Shown here: one piece after another, positions 26,721 through 41,103 of the stretch | Layout: the number at the start of each line of letters is the position of its first letter | How positions within the stretch are numbered: position 1 is the first letter of the stretch | Assembly (NCBI RefSeq): GCF_009834535.1 | Contig: NC_045707.1 | Location: forward strand, 54,934,001-54,998,000 | From: Camelus ferus | Lineage: Eukaryota | Length of the DNA stretch: 64,000 nucleotides | Direction of reading: 5' to 3' | Program-made: the position numbers and the translations under genes | Notes under the pieces: model-generated | What the model saw: only the letters and a program-made list of their open reading frames with translations | What the model was told of the DNA's origin: nothing | The model's database searches: none

Positions 26721-27164
26721 GTTTTCTAAGTATATCCTTCTTTTAAAACTTATCTTAATGCAAATATTAATCTTTTGAAAATTTTAACTGAAATTAGAGA
26801 TTTGGCCTAAGTTTTTGTTTTTAACAAAGCACAGTTTGCCTTTTTCTGCTAAACAATATTTCTGGGTTTCATAAGTCATGGAATGACTATGAAATAAATC
26901 TAAATTCCTGTATCTTTTATGATATAATAGTGACTGGATTATTAGCAGAGTTACATGATATTATTCTTAGGGAATGATCATTTTTTTATGGTATTACATT
27001 TAATTTTCTCACATTAAATAAGTAGAACTATGTATAAAAAGGGATGGAGCTCTCTCATAACAACGTGACTCAAACTGGAAGACTAGACAGTGAACGGAGG
27101 TTGTATAGCACTCAGGTTTGAGCTTTAGAAGGTTGTCATTCCAAAGTTTGGTTGATTCTTTCTT

Positions 27165-27810
27165 CTGGTAATCTATTTCTGCATAATAAATTAACCTAAT
27201 GTAATGGCTTAAAGCAACATTCATTTTATTATATCTCACAGGAATTCAGACAGGATTTGGATGGGCAATTCTTCTGCTTCATATGATGTCGACTGGGGTC
27301 ACTTGGTAGTTGTTTGCTGGCAGCTGGCCTAATGTGGAGGGTTCAAGAAGGTTAAAATCACATACTTAGTGCTTTGGCAGTAATGGCTGGAAGCTGGAAT
27401 CAGCTAGGCCTCTCTCCTACTCCTTGTATTCTGTTTCTCTCCACTTGTTCCTGTCTTAGAGAAGCTGAACTTCTTATAGAGCAGTTTAGAGCATCCAGCA
27501 AACAAGACAGAGCTGCCATTACTCCTAAAAGTATCTTATCAGTCTTACTAATCAAGGAAGTGACAGACTGTCATAGATGGTCTTTAGTAAAGTGCTACAT
27601 CAGTGTGTTTTTATTGTATAAAAAACCAGTTGCTTAAACAAAAGACTTTTTTGTAATTACTCACAAATCTTTGGGGCACCTGAATATCTGCTAGGTAGAT
27701 GATATGGACGAGGCTTAGTAGAGGCAACTTAACTGGTACATCTCTGCTCCCACTATCTCTCACCTCCGTCTAGGGTCAAAGGTTAGCCAGTCATGCTTCA
27801 GAGCCAGAGA
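27165..27810 (-). mobile_element. MaLR LTR fragments (MLT1 family, probably two)
   Basis: aatggcttaaagcaacattcattttattatatctcac...ggaattcagacagg...gggcaattcttctgct; second start at ~27600. Confidence 0.7.
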
Positions 27811-30800
27811 GTTTAATCAGTGTCAGAGCAGAAAGTGAACTCTCTTCTCTTGAGTCGTACAGAAGTGTTTATTGTTGCCAGAATTCAATAATACATTAGG
27901 AAATTTTTTTATAGTTTCAATTTAAAATGTGCATTTTGAGCTTCACTTTAAGATTGGTTTGACTTTTTAGAAGACTATTTTTTAGAGCAGTTTGGGTTGA
28001 CTTTTAATTATGAAAATAATACATATTTATTTTATAAGATCTCAAGCTCTTGAAAATATTGAGAAGGAAATTTTTTAAAAATGCTCATAATCAAACCATT
28101 TTGTTTATTTTTAAAAGAACTAAACATTTCATACAAATTAAAATTTTTCATTAGTCAAAGTGCAGCACAGGAAGACTTATTTGTTTTTCAGGAGACTAAA
28201 GGCTTAAAACCTCTAGAAGAAAACATAAAAATTAAGTTTCATTTGTCTCAAATGTAGGCAGAAGCTTCACTCAGCTTATAGGGCAGGTGAAAGGCATTAA
28301 GATCAGATTAGGAGCAAAAGATTATAAAGTAAAGGCAACTTTAAACTTGTTTTATTATTTCTGATCCCCCATTTACAGAAGATTGCATTTCATAAAAGAT
28401 TTAACTGCCTTTTATGGTGGGAATGTTTTAACACATTTATTTGTAAGGCTTTTGAGGATTTATAAACATTTTGTTTTAATTGTTGTAAGACTGATGTATT
28501 ATGGCTGCTGCTTTCCTCTGTTTTAGTTCAATAAATCTCCAAGTTCATATCCCCCAGACTTTTGATCGGTCATTTCAATATACAGGCCAGAATTTTCTTC
28601 CTGACCTTGTGCAGGAAGAAGAAACAAAGGCATGGGATGAATTAAATAATTAATATTTTCTGGTATTCAATATACATTATAGATCCTTAAGAAAATCTTT
28701 AAGATGTGAAAATTGATCAATGGTGAAAGATGAAGATACACCATTTTAAAACTTTTAATTTTAGGGATTTTAAATTTTTTAGCATACTTTTAAATATTTA
28801 CTAGTGATTATTTTTACATTACTATTTCACACATACTAGTTTATTAATACACTGACAGTAAATTAAATTAAATTAAAATAAATTAAAATTTTAACATGTT
28901 CAGTTACTCTATAAGGACAAAGCTGATTTTGCAGTTTTTTGATAATTTGAAGTTAGAACATAGAATAAAACCCACATATTGACTGTATGTGGTTTATGAA
29001 TGCATAATTCTCCTATGACTCTCCCTCAAAACCATCCAAACTGTCCTATTATTTTCATAAATGGTATTTAGCCCAGTTCAATAAACTGGAAGCAGTTTGT
29101 TTTGAGTGTAGTACTTTGAGTGTAACGCTATGTTAAAAAATGATTAAAGAAGACAATTTAAATGATACAAACAAAGGGGACCGGCTGACTGAATATACCA
29201 GATTTCTGGTCAAGCAGAGCATTTACAGGACACACAGATTATCTAAGTAGTTTTGGTTTGCTGACATGGCGCCCAAGCAGGAGTGACTCCATGTTGGGAC
29301 TAGAAAATTATTTCAGCTGCTATCATGGGGTATATCATGAGATCATAACCAGTCGCCTACAGTATAACATTTCCTCTTAGTTCACTGACCATACACGCAC
29401 ATGATTTTTTTCAGTCAACACATGTTTATTAACCACTTGCTATATGCTTCATATATAATGAAAAATATATGATCATGAAGCAAAAGTAGATTTTGGTATT
29501 AAATAAAATAACCAGCCAGATAAGAAAAATATTTGGAAAGCTAAAATTGAAAGCTAATAATTTAGCTGGAGAAAAAATTAATTCTCTGGATTTGTACATG
29601 CAGAATCCTCAGGGTAGAACTATAGAGCTTGGTCAGAAAAGCACCTTTACAGAGAAGGCATTGGTATTATGGATTTACTGTCTTGGTTCATAGAAATAAT
29701 TTTTAAGCTAAATCAATCACAACAGTAAAATGATTGATTTTACTACCTGAGTTCATCAGAGATTATTGAGAGGGTATGATTTTTATACTGGTAAATTCTA
29801 TAAAATATGCATTTTTGAAAATTGAGGACTTTGTCTAGATGGTTCCTTGCCTCCCTCTTAGCTTCAAAATAATGTTTTTATTTTAGAGAATGTGTTGTCT
29901 TTGCTTCCAAAAAAAGAGTACTCATAAATTTCCTTGTAACTATCTCTAAGAAGAAAAAGAAAGAATTTTTCATTTCAAAGGAAGATAAAATTGGCTTTTT
30001 TTAATTATAAGAAGTTTATTTTTAGAATGAAAATATGTTTGAAATTATGTTTTTCATTAAACCTTGCCCTTAAGAACATGTTATTAAGAGAAGTTTTACA
30101 CTCTTTCTCACAATTCTTTTATTATTCTGTCAGTCTTAGGAAGATTAGACGCGTTCATGCCTGCAGCTTAGATGGAATTCCCTTCATTTATTTGAATCTC
30201 TTGAAACTTCTTTTGTAAATGATAATCCAAGTCCAGTTAACAAAACAATCTTAGATGATCTAATAGCATGTGGCTAAAGTAGTGAGAAACCATCCTCTAG
30301 TACATTGCTACATAGGACATTCAGGTTTGAGCTCCTACAAAGAGCTCTGAACAGAATGAAGCATAAATCAGTGCAAGCTGTGGAAACAATAGCTTTCCAA
30401 ATATTGTGCTCTAGTGTCGACATAGTGCCACAACACGAAAACATAGCAGAGTCTGATCAGACCACACTCAGGATTTCAAAGGAAAATATACAGTGCTGCA
30501 CAGCACAGATGCCGTCTCTCTCCTCCTGGTGTACACACATCTGTCGCGGTTCTGAAATAGGTCTGTTTGGCTCAGAAGGGAGAGGGTATGGCACTGCCAT
30601 TAACTGTTTGATTTCAGTAAAGCTCCCTCTAACCAGTGATTTTAGAAGGATTTCTGGAGTGCCGTTTGCTAAGGCTCATTTGTTTCTTACTGATACCTTG
30701 CCACTCTTTGCTGATGTTTACATGGGGCCTGTTTTTTTTTTTTTTTTTTAATATCGCAACAACAGTATGCACAACACATAGACAAAAATGCTTTCTTTTT

Positions 30801-31504
30801 GTCCAAGACATTCTATAGTAGTTAACATATTTGTATGTTTAACTCAAGATAACTGAAGAATGGTCTAGATACAGTAAGTTCACTGCTGTCTTCTATGCCT
30901 CTACCAAAAAAGATAGGTCAAACTTGTCCCTATCCTCTGCCCTTCCTTCCAATGTACTGATCATGAGCTATAATCGTTATCTAGGATATAAGGCTTAGGG
31001 CAATATACAGATTTTCATCGTGACATTTTATACGTTTTTACAAGCTACTTAAGTATTTTTACTAAAAATAATGCTGAGACTTCCAGAGGCTATCATGCAA
31101 TCAGATGATTAATTTAGACTCCAATCTTTGAAAAAGCAATGTAGTCAGGAAAGGGGAAGATGCTGGATCTAAAATTTGGTTCTAACAGAGCATCATGATC
31201 CTATAAACACATAGTTAACATTCTACTTTAATTGCATATATGTGTCAGAAATTTGATTTTAAATGTATTTCTTATAATTCCTGTTTATTAAGTTGCCTTT
31301 GGATACATACCATTGTGTGCCTGTTTACGCTGAGGGGCGAAAAGACCAAAAAAATGTGACTCAGAGTCACCGTCCCCCTAAAAGTTACCCAGTGATGAGT
31401 AGTACACAGAAGGAGGAATAGGAATTCTAAAATTTCTGAATTTTTAAATATATATATACATATTTCATGTGTAATATTATATATATATATATTCAGCAGT
31501 TAGT

Positions 31505-31715
31505 AATAACTGACAACTATTATACACTCATTATATGCCATGTACTATCCTAAGATTGTTTCACACATATCTCAGTCTTTAAAGAAGCTCTAGGAAGTAG
31601 ATACCATAAAAATCCCATTTTAGAGATGAGTAAATCAAAGCACAAATAGTTTGCTCGGGATTACACATGCATAGAGATTGTAATTAGGAATTAGTCAGTT
31701 GAACTCAGAGGTTCC
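31505..31715 (-). mobile_element. MIR SINE
   Basis: cccattttagagatgagtaaatcaaagcac core. Confidence 0.75.
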
Positions 31716-32562
31716 TTTTTTAAAAATGTAGTTGCTTTTTAAACCTGCGAACATGTGGTGAGCCATGCAAAAGCATTCATAATTTGCTTAAATGATTTTT
31801 AAGTTTAATGTTGTTAACAGACATTATCTCTTAATAACTTATACTTGTGTATTTAGCATTCCAGCTGCAAGTGACAAAAATCTGGGAGCCACAGTGAGGT
31901 TTTTTAAAATCATATTTTATTAATAAATTGATAAATAGCATTTATTATACTAATTATTATACTAAGAAGTAGTATAATTAATAAATTATATTATCATATT
32001 ATATTGGCACAGAGAATAACTCTGGAACTCAAGAACACAGGAGTAGACTAGAAGCAAGGTCTGGAGCACAGACCTTTGAATAGAGTGTGAAAGATCCAAA
32101 TAATTCAGAGCAGAAAATTGAAAAGAATTATATTTTCTTACCACTAAGAGATGAGATGTGGATTCCTTCTGACCTAGAGTTTTAAAAGGGATGGAAGATG
32201 AGGAAGTCTAGATGACGATGTACAGAGGGATTGCATCTGTTAGAGATTTGTGAGATAAGCTGCATTCTTCAGGGAGGATCTCAGAGAAGAGATTTTACAT
32301 CAGTTCCCAAAATTCATCCTGGAAAAAGACAAAGCCCTGATGCAGCATGGACCTGGAAATTGGCTCTGCAAAACCTCTTGCCTCCCTAGAGCACACTGGG
32401 AGCACAGCTGATACAGTCCAGAGCAACTGAAAGGGACAGAAGCCCAGCTGAGAGCAAGTGTTAAGAAGAGAAAATAAAGAGGCAGTGACTGTGGATTTAA
32501 ACAGCAGATGGAGCAGGAACAAAATTCTTGTCAAACCCTTTTCATTTTTAATTTCTTCCTTT

Positions 32563-33040
32563 TTCATTCATTTTTTTCATCAAGTGTTTATCGAGCACAT
32601 ACTATGTGCCAGACATAATTCTAGGTGCTAAGGATACAGCAAAGAACAGAACTAAAATTTTCTGCCCTCCTTGGATGAAGGCTGACCATAAGTAAGATAA
32701 GTAAATAGATAAATTGCCAGATGTTGGTAAGTGCTATGGAACAAAATAAATTGTGATGAAAGAGTGCTAGGAGAGGGAGGATTTGCTTTTGTATCCTATA
32801 ATCTGTTCAGGGAAAGATTCAGTAATAAAATGACAATTAGGGAGAAACCTGAAGGCAGTGAGAGAGGAAGTCACTTGTATATCTGGGGGAAGGAGCATGA
32901 AAATGGCAAATGCAAAAGCCCTGGAAGAGGAGTATGCTTGGAGTATACACAGAACAGCAAGGAGGCCAGTGTGGGTAGATTTTAGTGAGGAAGGGATGAG
33001 TAGGGAATAGTGAGCTCTGATAGGGTCGATGGAAGCCAGT
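32563..33040 (-). mobile_element. L2a 3' region
   Basis: ttcattc...gtttatcgagcacatactatgtgccagac...gtgctaaggatacagc...gaacagcaaggaggccagtgtgg. Confidence 0.9.
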
Positions 33041-35324
33041 GAGCAAAAATAACACTACATATCCTCAAATCTGTGGTATTATTTAGGCCACCCCTAAATC
33101 CAAATATCACCTGGAAAGAAGATAAAATGCATGGAAAGACAGGAGAATATTGATTGATGGAACAGTTACTGACAAGGTTGAATTTCCTAAAGAAAGTGGC
33201 TCTGGATAATTTTGAATTGCATAATTATGATCATCTAGTAAAAATTGGACCTAACCATGAACTGACTTAATTATTAAGAAATATTGAAAAAAATTGCATA
33301 TATAATTTTTATTGACCTACAAGTAGCACATTAAAAAATGAATGAGTCACCAAACAATGAAAAATAAATAGTGTATAGCTTTATTGAAAAAATATTAAAT
33401 AGCATTTCAGAGGCAATGCTTGGAATCTAACTTTGATTATTTTGAAGTACCGTAAGTGTGGATGAAAAGTTAAGTATCTTCATCAGCGTTTTGGGACTAC
33501 TCGAGAAAAAAAAGGCCTAAACTGAGACAGACTACAAGAAATACAATGAATAACCTGAATATGGACTGCTCAATGAAGGAGACAAGAAATATGTTTTTTT
33601 AAAAAATCACTAAAAAGCTTTGGCATGAAATTGGGTGATGGAAACATCTTGGGACTTAAAGTGTATTTTTAAAGATAATATTTGCTCAGGGCAAAGATAT
33701 TTAAATAACAGGGTTTTATAAGAATATTCCAAACAAATAATTTTGCATGGTTAACCAAATAAATTACTAAAAGTGCTAATTTGCATCTTGCAAACAGTAG
33801 GAAGGTTCTCTATTTCAATTTGACAATTATTTTAAGTGGTTTTATTTTCTAGAAATGGCAAAGCTTGATTCTGTTGGATCTTTGCTGAGTGATAGAAAGC
33901 AGTTTTAATGTCTGCCAATTCCTCACTAAACAAATAAAAGGAAAGAATGTCAGATATAAGTTAATGATTTTTCAGAAACAAACTAGTAGAATTTGTGCTT
34001 GTCACTGTGGCTTAGAACTGAATATTCATTTATGCATACTAGTTGTTTTGTTTAGTTGTTTAGGGGATGTTATCAGTAAGGTCAAATCCATTAGTGGTTA
34101 ATTTTCTATAAAATTTAGTTTCCCTTGCTCACTTTTTTCAGTCACACAATACCTGGATTTTATTTGATCATGGGTAGGCAGGGCTTATCCATCTACATAA
34201 TGGAATAACAAACAAGACATTATGTTTAGGTACCAGTAGTAATTTCATACGTGGTTAATTGATGTGGTTAGTAGTTAATCTCCTGTGTTTCCCACCAGAA
34301 ACTAACACAATAGTGTATACTGAGAGACTTAGATTTGCTAAGTTGTTCAGGAATTAATCTGTTGATAGACAAAAGGCTATTGTGATCAATTGATAGATGG
34401 ATAAATGGGTAGATGGATGGATGGATAAGAAATGCAATTTACTAAAGAAACGTTTGAATGTCTCTCCCCTAGGAAGGCTGTGTTTTCTCCATTATTTCTG
34501 CTTGACATTTAAAAAAATGAAAATCTGTGAGAATTAAAATACTGCATCTGGAGTCTGTGGCACTGAAACAAAGTAGGACATAAGAGTCAGAAAAAAAAAA
34601 AAAGGAAGAAGTTAGGTTGTCAGATTCTTACAGCTTTTTCTATGATTATACTTTTCTAATTACACAAAATTAACAATCTGTTCTTATAGGTCCAATAATA
34701 ATTATGGTAATTCATAACTTCTGGTAAATTCTTACATTCACTCTTTTATCAAGTTCTAAAATGACCAGGATGTTTTTCATTGTCAGATTCTTCTTAGTTT
34801 TTTTTTTTTCTTTTACCAAATAAACCTACTAAGTTTCTTGCTGTCATCTTAATAATTCTTATGCTCAGCTTGATTGTATCTTCCCTAAACCAAACCAAAA
34901 ATATTAATCTTTACTCACTTATGTAAAATTCTATACCCTGTAATATAAGGCCTTCTATAATAGGTAATGCTTTTCAAGCTTTCTTTCCCAGAGTTACACT
35001 AATCACTTGGCCAAAACTCATATTTTTCCACAATTTCCTTCCTACTCTTACTCTTCTTGTAGATATCATGATAACAACACTAATGTGATTTATTTTATGA
35101 TTGCCATTATTTAGTTTACAAACTACTTCCACAAATACTTAGGCCACTTAATCCTGGAAAAAAAAAAAAAAAAAGCAAAAGCCCTTTAGGAGTCTATCTT
35201 CATTTTGTTGATAAAGCACAAGGGACTCCATAAATGTGACCCATGAGTAGAGCCAAGTTTCACATCCACTTCTTTGCTATTGAAGAATATTCCACTTAAC
35301 CATGGCTTTTTCCAATTTCTTGGA

Positions 35325-35470
35325 ATATGATGGAATCTTAGATCAGGGGAACATCTTAACAATCAGCTAATCTAACCATTTTATTTTATAGACAAGAATA
35401 TAAATAAGTTTCCTGGCCTTGGAAAGGCCTGGTCTTCCCCACCTGGGTTTGAAGTATTTGTGCTCTGTAT
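35325..35470 (-). mobile_element. MIR/MIR3 fragment
   Basis: gaatcttagatcagggg...atctaacc...attttatagacaagaa. Confidence 0.5.
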
Positions 35471-36789
35471 GCAACACTTCATAGAATCAAAGATGACTAG
35501 GACATGGTCAGTGAATGACCAAATAAAATACGTATTCTGTGACAGAGGCACTTTAGCAAAGAGGTGAAGAAAAGTAGGTAAAGAGGCAATCACTTCAGAA
35601 TGGAAATCTGGGGAATGACTTTTCTCAAACACAACCTCATGATATTTTATTGACAGATTATTCTTACAACATCCTCTTTAATATATAGATATTTATGAAA
35701 ATATCTTAAGGACATAGCTTTTAAGTACTTCAAAATTTTCCAACAGAATATTGAATTATACATGTACATAGTAGTCAATCGTTCTTTGTTTAAATGAGCC
35801 ATATAATCGCATAGTATAGAATTAGCTATAAAAATAATAACTTCAATTTGTTTAGTGCTTATTTTATATTCTAATTACCAGTCTAAATATTTAATACATA
35901 TCACATTTCATGCTGAGAATATGTGTCTGAGACAAATACCATCCCCATGATACTATATTCATTAATCCAATTCCAGTGCATACCAAGAGTTTTATAGACG
36001 ATTTGAAAGCATTGAGAGTAAGGACCAGTAGCTCTGATTGGACCATGAACATAATTTATTTGAATGGAGGAAAGGAGAAACACAATAAATTAGACTTATA
36101 GAACCAATGGAATTTGATATATATGATTTCATCTTACATTTGAATATAAGGAATTGAAATTTAAGAGAAAACTATTTTACTAGCAGAGACAAGAAGAAGT
36201 TGAATGTGTAATTTTATTAACTTTTAGTTCTTGGCATTCATGAAAAGCTCTTTGGATTTGAGTCCAGATGGAAACAAATTATGAGAATGTTCTAGTTTGG
36301 AAATTCAGAAACTAGAAGGTATTAGCTGTGAAGATCATTTTTAATAGAAGGAGGGAGAAATAATACATTAAAAATATTTTCATTAAGTAAAAATTCAAAC
36401 ACACTGAAAGTATATAAAATGGTATAATGCTGCATAACATCCAAATTTAACAATTGTAAATGTTATATATCTATATGTAGTTTATCTACATTTTTAATTA
36501 TTTGAAAGTAAATAAATAAAATACAGATAGTTTAATGGTTAAGTATGCATCTCTAAGAAAATTGCCTGCATAACCAGAATATTACTTGTTCTCATAATCC
36601 TATTTTTTTAAGGGATGCCAATAATGTCATTCTTAGTGATTATATCAAATCAGATTCCAGTTAAGGATTACACCATATACTTGCTTAGACCAGACTTATT
36701 AAAAAACAAACAAACAAACACTTTTGACTTGGGAAACTTACAATAGTTGGAGCAGATTAGTCATGATTTGTAATAAATATTAATATGTT

Positions 36790-37331
36790 GTATATCAGTT
36801 ATCTGTTGCTGCCTAACAAACCAGTCCAAGTATAGTGACTTAATATTGCCATTAATTTAACTTACAATGTGGTTTGTTAAATTGGGCTGAATTCAACCAA
36901 TAATGTGTTTTATTCTTGACTGAATTCTGTCACGCATATGGTCAACTGCCAGTCAGTTTCAGAATGCCTGAGAGAGGCAGGTCTAAGATAGTCTCATTCA
37001 TACGTGTTGTTTGACCTTATATCAGAGCAATAAGAGCAACCAGCCATGTGTCTGTCATTATCTAACAGGATAGTCTGAATTTGTTCAAATGCTGTCTCAG
37101 CTGGGTTCTAAAATAAAGAGTAAATGTGTGCAGTCTGTTGAGGACTAGACACAGAATCTGGATACTTTTGATTCTACCACATTCTATTGTAAAAGTAAAC
37201 TGCAAGGACACCCAGATTCAATATGGGCAGGGATGATTTTATTTTGGGTGGGTGGAGCTGCAGAGTCACATTGCAAAGGGGTTTTCATAAGAGAGATGTG
37301 GAGAACTGTGGCCATTTTTGCAATCTACCAC
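36790..37331 (-). mobile_element. MaLR LTR (MLT1 family)
   Basis: tcagttatctgttgctgcctaacaaacc ... cagagtcacattgcaaagggg ... ggccatttttgcaatctaccac. Confidence 0.85.
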
Positions 37332-37399
37332 TTGTGTATTGTCTTAAAATGTCACCATGTGAAGAACATGGGAGAACTTTGCTTTTGAATCATTAGATA

Positions 37400-37630
37400 A
37401 ACCTCTTGATTCAGATTTCTTGAGTATGATTTTTAGCTCCAGACTTACTAACTGGGCAAATTTAAGTAGGATTCTTAATATCCTATGAGTCTCAATGTCA
37501 TGACTTAAACTCATGGCTTATGACATATTGGGTTCATTTCAAGGTGGGCCAAGGAGCCATGTACCATGTTGTGCACAGATGTAGTGTTTGTACTAGTTTA
37601 AATTATAATATAAGTGCTTATTATTATAGC
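37400..37630 (+). mobile_element. MIR SINE
   Basis: cagatttcttgagtatga...agctccagacttactaactgggcaaattt...tgagtctcaatgtc. Confidence 0.55.
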
Positions 37631-38429
37631 AAAATATATATAAAAAGAGTTTTTCATATAATAAAATCCTATTCAGGTAAGTAAGAGTAAGATAATTTTT
37701 TTTATAAATAAATTGATAAATAGTTATCTACTTATGTATGCCAAAACATACTCCCAGGAGAAAGACAGTTATGGAATTCAGATGGTAATTCATCTGTAAT
37801 CCAATTAAAAACACCCTAAACTGTAATACAATTATCAATATATACCTTGTCCTATGTAAAATATAAAAAAACAGAGAGGATGGATGCATAACAAATTTAG
37901 GACTATGATTACTTTAGGATTGACAGAGTAATTTTGAATGGATCACTGTCAAGTTTTATTACTTTTATATTTTAAATGACCTAATGTACTCTAATGTCGA
38001 TCTTTTTATGTTCTTTTATGTTTTATAAAAAGTATCAATAAACATAAATATTTGTATGTGGAAAAACTGGACACAACATAATCACATAGCTTGTATTGAA
38101 TTCTGGCTGTGAATGAGAGTGAAGAAATAGAGTGGTGACTAGAAGGGCTATGAGGTCAAGAGGCAGATTTGTTTGTCTTTCTCTTTTCAGTTTTACCTTT
38201 AATTCAATTTAAGCTTCATGTGAAAAATATAAGCAGAGAGTCAGCTTTATTATTTGTAATTAAAATCTATACTGAAATTAAACCACTTAATGGCAATTTT
38301 AATTTATTTTCAAAGCACTGTCTTTGATTCCACTTTAGGTCATATATCATATATTCAGTATTAATTTTGCAAGTATTTAAAGTTTAATCGGATGCTAAAG
38401 TACATAATTTCAACAAATATAAAACTCCC

Positions 38430-38777
38430 ATATGAAATATGCCCTTCCTATACCAGGAGAAAAGAAGCATTTTTATCATCAGGGAAGGGAAATTTAAGAC
38501 AATGAGAGTTTTGCACAAACAGACCTTGTTAAAATAATTCTTATCTTCCTCTAGGCTCCCCATACTTTTTAGTTACTTTTCCACAATTGCCTCTCTTTGT
38601 TCAATCTATTGTAAAAGCATTTAGGTTTTGCCACTTTTCTGGGTCTCCATTTCCTTAAGAAAGTGTCCTTGTAACTTAAAACTGAAATTATTATATGCTT
38701 TTTGTTAAACTGTCTTTTCTTACAGAGTCAGAGTTGAAACCTTAGATGGGTAGAGGAAAGAATTTTTCTTCCCTACA
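38430..38777 (+). mobile_element. ERV1 LTR fragment (MER34/MER39-like)
   Basis: aaacagaccttgttaaaataattcttatcttcc...gttaaactgtctttt...gatgggtagaggaaag...ttcttccctaca. Confidence 0.75.
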
Positions 38778-38822
38778 GTGATATATATACAGAATACAAG
38801 AGTAATCAATTATCAGATGATA

Positions 38823-39415
38823 CTGTAGATAGCTGATCTTGAGCTAGTTTTTCCCACCTTAGTTTATCTGCCACCAAGCTGCCAGGAAGAGATCACATTT
38901 AAGCCAATCTTCCATTCAGTGAAACCGTAAATGTGTAAGGGCTCCTGCTACACCTGTTGCAGAACTCACACACATGACACTGGAGGGCACTCTCAGAGCA
39001 CAGACAAAGAGGGACTTGAGCCATTTCACTAAGGTTGCCTGCCCCCTCCCCCTCCCTTCCCTCCTCAGACTCCAGAACACGGGAAGAGAGAGAGATCTAG
39101 AAAAGGTAAGACAGAGAAGAAGTAAAGATGAGACTCTATCACCTCTCCACTCCAAGGACCTCAGGCAAAGGCTAGGCTAATACTGAGGGTGGGGAAAGGG
39201 AGAATGTTCAAGATAAACAGATAATCAAAATCATAAATTGGATTGTGTAGGGATGGATTTTTAAAGTCACTAACCATGACTGGGAGGCAATAAGATATTC
39301 CAAGGATAACATTAAGAAACAGAATGTAGCTTAGTTGAGGCCAGTGATTAAAGAGAAATAAAACATTTTGTGTTTGTACCCTGCCAAGGGTGAACTTACT
39401 AAAATCATTTGCATT
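38823..39415 (+). mobile_element. Possible ancient Gypsy-derived LTR (MamGypLTR-like)
   Basis: GC-richer block ending gagaaataaaacattttgtgtttgtaccc...; resemblance only. Confidence 0.35.
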
Positions 39416-40644
39416 TTGTATATTTCTTTGTTTTGTTCATATTTGTATGTACCTATACTTCATTCCAAAAAAGAATATTGACAGTGTTTGCATTAAGTGG
39501 CTGCATTTAAGAGGCATAGGGGTGAAGAAATAGAGGTATTAGAGTAGAAACTGAAAGACATGGTAGAGGGCATACCAAATCCTCATAATAAAATATTCTG
39601 TTCTTTGCCGGAGGTGTTTCACATAGCCAGCCAATTCTGATTGTTCTATCAGCTAGTGCAAAAGGATGGACATATTTAGTTCCAGCACTCAAAGTGTGAA
39701 TAAAAGCAAACAAGTTGCTATGGAGAATAATGAATAGTCAGAGAACAGATGTTTATTAATTGTCCCGCTGTATCAGGACAAAGAACTCTTGTAACTACAC
39801 AATGTCCTCACCTCCAGGAAGCTCACAATCTAGTGTGAAAAAGTCCTTTAACAAATATTTGCAAGTGTAAATGAGAAGTATAACATGTAAGGATTGAGCT
39901 TTTTTATATATTATACTTGACAGGAATTCCTCTGACATAAGGTACTTATGGGAGTGTCTATATATTTGTGACTGGGAGTGTGCACACACTTCCACATATA
40001 CAGTGTACTCCTAACCAATAATTAACAGAACTTTAGCCTCACTCAGATAGTAGGACCAGAGTAATTTGTTCAACATTTTTATTCCTTGGATTATCAACCA
40101 CAATCCAGTTGTTGAATTACGTTGAGGTATATCAGTGACTTAAGTGTAGATATTGAAGCTCTGTTAGCAATGAGTGTGAAATCTAAAATTTTATTTCTGC
40201 TCTTAATCCAGTAGCTTTCTCACACATAACACATTACTAGGTTTCCAAGAAATTTACAGGAACTGCTAACAGAAGTGGAAAATTGTTTCAGAAATATAGA
40301 ATTTTAGGAGAAATCCGATATAAACAAATAGTAATGTGGTTAATAGTGAGAACTTCACTGGGTGCTGACTAGAGATATCTGTCCTGTTTATATTGTTGGC
40401 CTAAAGAATCCTGATGAGATTTTACAGCTCATTTTTAGCTACTCAAACAAATTTTTAAGTAGAAACATTAAAAAGCAATGTAATGGTTTAGTTTTAAGTT
40501 TCAAATAAGTGAATGAAAATTTGTAGGGACTATATTTCTGAATCTAAATGAAAGCATAAATCTAAAGTTAAATGATAACTAAGGACTGAAATATTGATAC
40601 GCTAACAAGCTTACAGGAAATAGTTAATTAACAACAGGCTTTGA

Positions 40645-41103
40645 ATTATATATTAATTTGGGCATACAATAAGCTTTTGTTAACAAGAGAGGAGAAAAAG
40701 ACCACAAAATGCTGTGGATAAAACAATATGGAAATATAGTTCCAAACAATTCTGATGGATAGGGTCCAAGGTTGGTTGGGCAGTTCTGATACCCTCAACG
40801 TTTGGCTTCCAAGTTTGAGTCAAAAGATACTGATCAAGTTTTTACCATCATCCAGACAGTGGGAAAGGAGAGAGAGCCACAGGAATGCATGACAAAATCT
40901 TTTCAAGTTGTCTTGGAAATGGCAATCACCACTGAGGTTCATCAGACATAGGACTGACCAGAACTTAGTCTCAGGGTAATATGTAGCTACAAAAGGCTTA
41001 AGATTTAGTATATATGTGAGCAGATATATACATATGAGCAGATAAACTCTATGTCTGTGGAACAGGGGAGAACAGATATTGGTGACACCTGGTAGTCCCC
41101 CAC
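40645..41103 (-). mobile_element. MaLR LTR (MLT1J/K-like)
   Basis: gaccagaacttagtctcagggt...agctacaaaaggct...gaacagatattggtgacacctggtagtcccccaca. Confidence 0.7.

Noticed and set aside
28595..28620. Hairpin ttcttcctg-N8-caggaagaa within a short open frame
   Set aside because: 9-bp stem only; no ncRNA family features and the peptide was not recognised
29267..29281. tggcgcccaagcagg resembling a tRNA-Lys primer binding site after ..aca
   Set aside because: Mismatched to the canonical PBS, with no recognisable LTR upstream or gag leader downstream
30305..30751. 148-aa ORF as a protein-coding gene
   Set aside because: TTG start, terminates in a T homopolymer, no recognisable homology; kept only as a candidate non-coding element
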